IMG/VR virus record: IMGVR_UViG_3300020047_009529
Coordinates: 2,948 to 66,947 of that record
Origin: a virus
Lineage: Duplodnaviria > Caudoviricetes
Strand: one strand, 5' to 3'
Length of the DNA stretch: 64,000 nt
A program made the translations under genes and the position numbers. The notes under the pieces are model-generated. The model was not told the DNA's origin, made no database searches, and saw only the letters and a program-made list of their open reading frames with translations. Shown here one piece after another: positions 57,869 to 64,000 of the stretch; positions within the stretch are counted from its first letter, which is position 1; every line of letters starts with the position of its first letter.

Positions 57869-60055
57869 TTATTGATCACTTACCATTGCTTTTTGTGGAA
57901 AAGATTGATCCGCAGCTTTCATTAAAGCTTGTGAATTATGATCAAACTTTTTCATCTCAAGATTGGTATCTCGATCAATAGCCTTTTCAGCAATCTTTTC
58001 AAGATGATCAACACCATTAGACTTACGCTCTGCATCAATTTCTTTATTGATTGCATCTGCTTCTGCCTTACGTGTTTTACTTTCAGTCTCAATAACCTTA
58101 GTACCATTGAGCACTGCCTTAGCACGGGCTTCCTCAGCTTGAGCCAAGAGCAATTCAGTCTGAGCTTTCTTATAGGCAATCTCTGCTTCTTGTGCAGCTA
58201 TTGCCATTGGATCAGGTTCAGGTTTAAATGACTCAATAGCATGAGCTAAGTCAGGCATCTTACGTAGTTTAGCAATCTTACTCAGGATCATATTGACCAT
58301 ACTTGAATCAATACTATTACCCATTGTCTGCAACATAAAGCTAAGCTCTTGAGCTTTAGCTTCATCTGCTTCAGGTGTACTGATAGCAATACTTAAATCA
58401 AATTCCCCTGCTAAATCATCTCGACGTACAGTCAGATACTGACTATTTGTCACACGAATAACTTCACTCTCATCGAGAAAAAGACTATTCATTGCAACAA
58501 TCTTTCTACCCACCTCAATTAAACCATCAGCTAATCGACGTAGAATACTCATCTCACGTTTAGTAGCAGCATCCAATACACCGCGTACAGCAGCACTTGT
58601 TGCAGTACTTCCACCCAATGCACTACCCGTTAAACCCGAAGATGAAAACGCTTTAGTACCTGTCAAAGACTCTGCATCATTATTACAATGATTAATCATG
58701 TACATTGCAGCCTGAGGAATATCAGGATACTTATGTTGGTAAAATAAACTAGGATTAGCTGTCGGGTTATATTCGTAATCATTACCTTCTTTAAACTTAC
58801 GAAGGTTAGTGGCATCTAATGCCCCTTTAGGCATACCAGTCTGACCATGTGCAGACTTAGCCATCAAATCAATTACACCCCGTGTAACAGCTCCCAATAT
58901 CTTCTGATCATCTTCAAGTAGTACAGCATCAGGCTCACCGTATACACCTTCAACATCGGGCAAATACTGTACTACTACGAAAGGCAATTGACCATCAGGA
59001 TAAGGGTTCAATTCCATACGAATCAGTACATTGTCTACCCAAGTAGCGACAATAGGCTGAGTAATCCCAGAACCATCAATATCCCAATATCCCCAATATT
59101 CGTAAGCGATAATTTTCTTACGCGCATCGTCGTTGAAGTTAAGACCAGAGGATACCGTGTTTGAGCTGTACTCGCTCGCTTGAACTGCTGTTGATTGTGA
59201 GACATTGATCTGCTCCAAGTTGGTGTAACGACTACCTGCCTTACGTAAGTCAGATAGGCTTGTATCAAAAGCATAGATTACAAAATTAGCTTTAGACATG
59301 TCACCATTACAAGTAGGATCAATGTACAAATTAGACAGGTTGCATACATCAATGACAGGATGATTACGAATAGTCTTAGTGGTTTTTACTGTTTCATACC
59401 CTACAATAGTTGCATAAGTAGGTGAATTACTTCGGATAGTTACTCGTACAGACTCTTGTATTTCTTCATCCAACTGCAAAAACTCAGTCACATTTTCTGT
59501 GCTTAAATTAATATATTCTTGCAATTGATCAATGCTTGCTTGATCCATCAAAGGGGTGTACTCAAATACTGGTACATCCTTATCCACTTTCATTTTTTGG
59601 TTCAACCAACCTACCCGTAGAACAGCAGTCCCCTCATTGACTAACTTGCGTACATACTTATCAATAAACTTAGTACGATTCATCTTGGTACGGAATTGAT
59701 AGTTAAGCAATAAAGCATTCTGCTCAGCTCGTTCTGTATCCTCCCAAGTTGTACCTGATACCTCAAACATATCATCATTACTTAGGAATGGTTCAGTCAG
59801 GGCAGGATACCGCCACTCAGCTTGCTTACGAATCAAAGGTGGACTGATCTGACTACGCTTAGCATTTGGGTCTTTAGGCTTGTTATTGATCTGTAGTGCT
59901 GCCAACCACTCACTTACTTTACTACTGATAAACGTAGTAGCTGATTGAGCAATCTGTAAGTCATGCTTCAAATCGTTAATTACAGGTTCTTTTGTCCAAT
60001 CCGTCAAAGCTTTAGTGTCAATGCTGTCATGCACTAAGTTAGTGAAGTTTTCCAT
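57869..60055 (-). CDS. Portal protein (N4 gp59-like)
   Basis: LTDWTKEP...DLK, RKQAEWRYPALTEPFL, YEYWGYWDIDG, STPE.D.AKAQELSFMLQT. Confidence 0.93.
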   Translation of the reverse strand: MENFTNLVHDSIDTKALTDWTKEPVINDLKHDLQIAQSATTFISSKVSEWLAALQINNKPKDPNAKRSQISPPLIRKQAEWRYPALTEPFLSNDDMFEVSGTTWEDTERAEQNALLLNYQFRTKMNRTKFIDKYVRKLVNEGTAVLRVGWLNQKMKVDKDVPVFEYTPLMDQASIDQLQEYINLSTENVTEFLQLDEEIQESVRVTIRSNSPTYATIVGYETVKTTKTIRNHPVIDVCNLSNLYIDPTCNGDMSKANFVIYAFDTSLSDLRKAGSRYTNLEQINVSQSTAVQASEYSSNTVSSGLNFNDDARKKIIAYEYWGYWDIDGSGITQPIVATWVDNVLIRMELNPYPDGQLPFVVVQYLPDVEGVYGEPDAVLLEDDQKILGAVTRGVIDLMAKSAHGQTGMPKGALDATNLRKFKEGNDYEYNPTANPSLFYQHKYPDIPQAAMYMINHCNNDAESLTGTKAFSSSGLTGSALGGSTATSAAVRGVLDAATKREMSILRRLADGLIEVGRKIVAMNSLFLDESEVIRVTNSQYLTVRRDDLAGEFDLSIAISTPEADEAKAQELSFMLQTMGNSIDSSMVNMILSKIAKLRKMPDLAHAIESFKPEPDPMAIAAQEAEIAYKKAQTELLLAQAEEARAKAVLNGTKVIETESKTRKAEADAINKEIDAERKSNGVDHLEKIAEKAIDRDTNLEMKKFDHNSQALMKAADQSFPQKAMVSDQ

Positions 60056-60102
60056 AAAAGGCACTCTACTCAAATAAAAAGTAGAGTACCCTACAAGACC
60101 TT

Positions 60103-60732
60103 TTAGATAAAGCCGTTATTGATGAATTTGTTATGGTCAAGGCTTACATCTGCTTCATAGCCTTTCAACTTCAAACGACTTACTTCTTTATCCAATAACT
60201 GTTCAAAGTTATTACCCACATGAAAAGGTGACTTTACACCTGCACCTGTATCAAAACTAATAGTCCATTGTTGAGCAATGTAATAATACAAAGCTTTTAA
60301 ATACATAACAGGTAAATCTATATCTACACTGCTTGGATCAAGTGCATCCAATTAATTTGGACTATACAACTCTAAATCTACAGGCTTATAGGTAGCTTCT
60401 ACCTCAATTGAACCAATAAGATTAGCAGGTACTTGTATAGTTTCATTATCAAGGGCTACAAACTCTAAGGAGCTACCTTCATAAAATACATTTAAAACTT
60501 CAATCAAGTTACCTGTTGAATTAAGTGAATACTCCAAAACATCTTCTACTAAATTAATAGTAGTCTTACGTTTATTCAAGAGAAATTCACTATACAACCA
60601 ATTAACACCACTATTAATTAAAACAATGATGTTATTAACAGAATCTTTCTTAATTGTCCCATTAACAGAACAATTATAAGAACCAAGTACACCAGTACCT
60701 AGATTATTCAAAACTGTTTCAAGACTGACCAT
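60103..60732 (-). CDS. Head-tail adaptor (N4 gp67-like), split by an in-frame TAA at 60352-60354
   Basis: N-part (60732-60352) and C-part (60351-60103) are in the same frame and together match the remembered gp67 outline (IN.G...LY..F.L ... LP..YL.AL.Y..A ... GNN ... F...G.I). Confidence 0.7.
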
Positions 60733-60740
60733 TTTACACC

Positions 60741-62369
60741 TCAAACAATGTAATTGCGAATACTGTAGTCATCATCATCACCTTTATGACTGATGTGATT
60801 AGACCAAACACCCCTACCATCACTACGCATATTAGCATTTGCTGATGGATAAAACACATTCAACAAAGCAATCTGACTTGTACCATCAATAAAGTCATCC
60901 TTCTTAGCTTTGATTCCCCCACTACTGATCATCATCAACTGATTATTGATCCCCTCTTTCAAGATAGGATGAGTCTTCCATTCAACAGGGAAGTAAATCT
61001 TACCCCCCTTGAACCAAGGAACAATGACATTAAACCGTTGAAGCTTATCGACTGTTGGTCTAATTCCAGGCTTACTTGAATTGTTACTACTGGTCAATGC
61101 AAAGAAGGTATTCCTAGTCAGCATCTCTTGCTGAATCCAAGGAATAAAACCCCCTTGTTGACCTGACACTTCAATACCTACTTCATAAGGCTTATACTGA
61201 GATACAAGTCTAAAAAGATCATCAATGTTTTTATCCATTGTCTGCCTTTCAAGAACACCGTCTACCCAAAACCAATCTCTATTATTATTGACTGCCCACA
61301 CATTCAAGCTACTAAAGTCAGCACTCTGCTTATCACTCGTAGCAAAGTCAGTAGTAATATAAAAATTATAATTGTCTTTATTGCGAATTAACTCACTACG
61401 CTTATACCAACGTATGTCACTTTCAACAATTAAGCGTTCATCATTATTCATTACCCGTAGCATCATCTCTTGGTAAAAAGCAGATACTCGACCTTGCTTT
61501 AATAACTTATCATATACGCCATTCACATATTCATAAGTAAAACGATCAGGCCAACTCCCTTTAAATTCAGCTTCAGTACATGGAAACTTCTCACATACAG
61601 GAAATACGTTTACTTTCCATGCACCGCTCTCAACAGCACAATATAAAGGGTCATTTGCATTAAATGGTGTACCACACCAAATAATCATATTCTTTCTAGG
61701 GTGTAATGCAAACTCAATAGCGTTACTCACGGTAGTCTTAATAGTCTCCATGACTGTCAAACTACGTGCATCTTCATCAGACACCAAGTCATCAAGCACA
61801 GCTAATTGAGGACGTACATTTAATTCTTGAGTACCCCGTACACCAGTAGAAGCCCCATAAGCTTTTACCAAAAACGATTGACCATCATGGTTAGTAAACT
61901 CCCATCGAATATCAGTAAACCGTATACTAGGAATAAGCATCTTTAAGAAAGGACTATTATCCCAAGTATACTCTAAGTTTTTACGCATATTTTTAACTCC
62001 ATTATCTACAGAGTCAGAAACGTATAGCATCAAAGTAATTTGACCAAAACTATCAATATGTCTGAAAGCAGCTAAATAAAGAATTAAGTACCTCATAAGG
62101 GTAGTCTTAGCAGCTCCTCGATGAATCATGTTTGCAATACGTACTTGTATCTCATTAGGCTTAATTTTCCCTAATTGATCCAAGACATGATAGTGCAATA
62201 CTGGTGATTTGTTTTCTTCACCCTTCTCACCATTAACTTGCTTAATAAACTCAATAAGTTTTAAAGCAAATAAAGAAGGTTGATAGTTATAGTCAATACT
62301 ATAATCTACACCATCTAACCATTCATCAACACTTTTAGATGTCAAGTCTTCATTATTAAACATCTTCAT
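60741..62369 (-). CDS. Terminase large subunit (N4 gp68-like)
   Basis: HRGAAKTT, RPQLAVLDDL, GTPF, TTDFATSDKQSADFS, KDDFID. Confidence 0.95.
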   Translation of the reverse strand: MKMFNNEDLTSKSVDEWLDGVDYSIDYNYQPSLFALKLIEFIKQVNGEKGEENKSPVLHYHVLDQLGKIKPNEIQVRIANMIHRGAAKTTLMRYLILYLAAFRHIDSFGQITLMLYVSDSVDNGVKNMRKNLEYTWDNSPFLKMLIPSIRFTDIRWEFTNHDGQSFLVKAYGASTGVRGTQELNVRPQLAVLDDLVSDEDARSLTVMETIKTTVSNAIEFALHPRKNMIIWCGTPFNANDPLYCAVESGAWKVNVFPVCEKFPCTEAEFKGSWPDRFTYEYVNGVYDKLLKQGRVSAFYQEMMLRVMNNDERLIVESDIRWYKRSELIRNKDNYNFYITTDFATSDKQSADFSSLNVWAVNNNRDWFWVDGVLERQTMDKNIDDLFRLVSQYKPYEVGIEVSGQQGGFIPWIQQEMLTRNTFFALTSSNNSSKPGIRPTVDKLQRFNVIVPWFKGGKIYFPVEWKTHPILKEGINNQLMMISSGGIKAKKDDFIDGTSQIALLNVFYPSANANMRSDGRGVWSNHISHKGDDDDYSIRNYIV

Positions 62370-62517
62370 CCCCTAGATACTGTTCCCACTTAACTGCACC
62401 GCAGTTATGGCATTTCCAACAACTCCTTGCACCAAAACGATTAATAGAATCACCATAAATGTTAAAAGCCAATTCCCATTTATGCTTGCAGGTAAACCAA
62501 TGTTTAATCCATTTCAT
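62356..62517 (-). CDS. 53-aa Cys/His-rich protein (not in ORF track)
   Basis: GAGG RBS; MKWIKHWFTCKHKW...WKCHNCG. Confidence 0.55.
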   Translation of the reverse strand: MKWIKHWFTCKHKWELAFNIYGDSINRFGARSCWKCHNCGAVKWEQYLGDEDV

Positions 62518-63217
62518 GTTCAATCACCTCACCTTTAACTGTACGCATCTCTGCTACATCCTTAGCAGACATCCCTTGTTCAATCAATCCTAATTGAGCT
62601 TTAGCAATAGCAGCTAATGATTGCTCTACTTGGCTCAATGGTGAATTTTCACTAATACCTAAACTCAATTCTACTTTCTTAACTTCAGGTGGACGAAGAA
62701 TATCAGTCAATTTAGCAGCAGCATTGTACTTAACCATTTCCGATTTAGAGTTATGCATTAAATCATTAAGCTTACTCAAAGCATCATGATACAGCCCTTG
62801 ATTCAAAATCCAAGTAGGAATAATGGTCTGTGCCATAATTGCACTAACCAACTTACTCTTATTATAAGAAGATATGTAAGATTGAATAGTACTACTCGTA
62901 GAACCATTATTAATATGTTGCTTATACCGATCAGGAAAAGCCTTCATATAAGCTTCAGTGTTACTCATACCCATTTGCTTATAAGATACGTAACGTACTG
63001 CATTAACATACTCATGCAGCTTGTACTTACCTTCACGAAATACTGTATTGAAGTTAAGAATATTCTGTTTGAATATCTCTGCATAGTTAGGATCACCTAA
63101 TGCAGAATTAACCTCAGTCAACAATTCATCATTGACTGATTTACGTAAATGACTTGGCATTGCTTCTCGCAATTCCTCAATAGTCATTAGTGTGCTTGGT
63201 TCAAGAAGTGCAGTCAT
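62504..63217 (-). CDS. N4 gp69-like protein (terminase small-subunit candidate)
   Basis: GKYKL..YVNAV.YV.YK.MG..N.EAY...FPDRY; synteny. Confidence 0.85.
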   Translation of the reverse strand: MTALLEPSTLMTIEELREAMPSHLRKSVNDELLTEVNSALGDPNYAEIFKQNILNFNTVFREGKYKLHEYVNAVRYVSYKQMGMSNTEAYMKAFPDRYKQHINNGSTSSTIQSYISSYNKSKLVSAIMAQTIIPTWILNQGLYHDALSKLNDLMHNSKSEMVKYNAAAKLTDILRPPEVKKVELSLGISENSPLSQVEQSLAAIAKAQLGLIEQGMSAKDVAEMRTVKGEVIEHEMD

Positions 63218-63246
63218 GTTTGCTATCCTATAACTTAGATACAGTT

Positions 63247-63297
63247 AGCCTATAGTTTTAAATTTAATTTGACAAGTAAAAAACATTGAGTTAATTT
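63247..63297. promoter_or_regulatory. Overlapping divergent sigma70-like promoters
   Basis: Plus: TTGACA(63269)-N17-TAATTT. Minus: TTGTCA-N17-TAGGCT. Confidence 0.5.
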
Positions 63298-63468
63298 GCA
63301 CCTACACTTTCGCTTTAAGGTAACGACTTGTTAGGTGTTCTCGCTATACAAGTTGATTGACCTACCCCCAACACTCTAATGAAGTTTGCCCAAGCTTTGT
63401 TAGAGTGTTTTTTTTTTATCAAGCAGCACTTTCGTGCTGTATGCCCTTTGAACCAAAGAGTAAAGACC

Positions 63469-64000
63469 ATGTCACAGCTTCCTACAAAGCTCACTCAAGA
63501 TTATCTTGAAAGCCTTGTTGTCCATCATGAATACAACTTTATCCCTAACACAAGCATTACTGTTTGTACTTTGTTCCTTCAAAATGGGGCAAAGATTATG
63601 GGCAAAAACTACGGCTCTATTGATTCAAACAACCAAGATTGGGAATTGGCTAAACAGTATGCCTACAAGGATGCATTTGATCAGTTGTGGGAGCTCGAAG
63701 GCTACCTCCTACGTCAACGCATGTTTGAGCAATACAAAAACCATGAGCCTGTTCTTGTATCACCTGAGCTGAAGTCTTATGTTGGTGTAAAGTTGGTACA
63801 CGCCAAGCCAATGACAGGTGATGACTATAAAGCCCTAAAGGGACTTCAAACTACCCCTGAAATCAAAGCAAATGATCAAGGCTACTGGGTTCAATACCAA
63901 GATGGCTATACCTCATGGTGTCCCAAAGAAGTCTTTGAACAGGCCAATACCTGCATTGAAGGTCAGTTTGACTTTTCCATTGCAATGCTTTGCCATAAAG
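63469..64000 (+). CDS. Truncated multi-domain protein: gp49/Sf6-gp66-like domain + YVGVK...GY.V.Y.DGY.SW.PK domain + probable start of DUF2829 (Tad2-like)
   Basis: ATG 63469, frame open to the window end. ITVCTLFLQNG...YAYKDAFDQLWELEGYLL; KSYVGVKLVHAKPM...GYWVQYQDGYTSWCPKEVFEQA; then FDFSIAM. Confidence 0.7.
   Translation, partial: MSQLPTKLTQDYLESLVVHHEYNFIPNTSITVCTLFLQNGAKIMGKNYGSIDSNNQDWELAKQYAYKDAFDQLWELEGYLLRQRMFEQYKNHEPVLVSPELKSYVGVKLVHAKPMTGDDYKALKGLQTTPEIKANDQGYWVQYQDGYTSWCPKEVFEQANTCIEGQFDFSIAMLCHK

Noticed and set aside
7824-60354. Genetic-code reassignment as an explanation for the in-frame stops
   Set aside because: The two interruptions use different codons (TAG, TAA). TAG genuinely ends the helicase (12022-12024) and DNA polymerase (15147-15149), TAA ends many genes, and no suppressor tRNA is visible.
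63300-63420. Possible tRNA or ncRNA in the divergent intergenic region
   Set aside because: Only loose stems; no cloverleaf, T-loop GTTC or CCA end.

Overview
A 64 kb segment of an N4-like (Schitoviridae) lytic podophage genome. The host is probably Acinetobacter/Moraxellaceae, inferred from remembered similarity of the amidase and one tail-module protein. Gene order follows N4: early genes with the two-subunit RNAP II; a middle/replication block (MoxR AAA + vWA, helicase, DNA polymerase A, tmk, thyX, nrdAB, exonuclease, primase, AAA, SSB, RuvC-like); then a minus-strand late block (4048-aa virion RNAP, ejection proteins, capsid, scaffold, portal, adaptor, terminase). A lysin/tail-fibre/esterase block is inverted inside the replication region. 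No tRNA, CRISPR array or integrase was seen. The main candidate novel system is the virion RNAP. It carries about 540 extra residues forming three modules (NADAR-like, cpYpsA/SLOG-like, and an unnamed domain) joined by repeated linkers. The unnamed domain recurs fused to a separate early NADAR protein, and the phage also encodes a Macro domain and a Nudix hydrolase. Together these suggest an injected plus expressed anti-ADP-ribosylation/anti-defence toolkit. Other highlights: an array of about 10 diverged small paralogs, a TTGAACCAAG motif at gene and domain junctions, a degenerate dUTPase, an in-frame stop in the adaptor gene, and a truncated candidate multi-domain nucleotide sponge at the right edge. 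All family assignments are by-eye motif recognition, not database searches.
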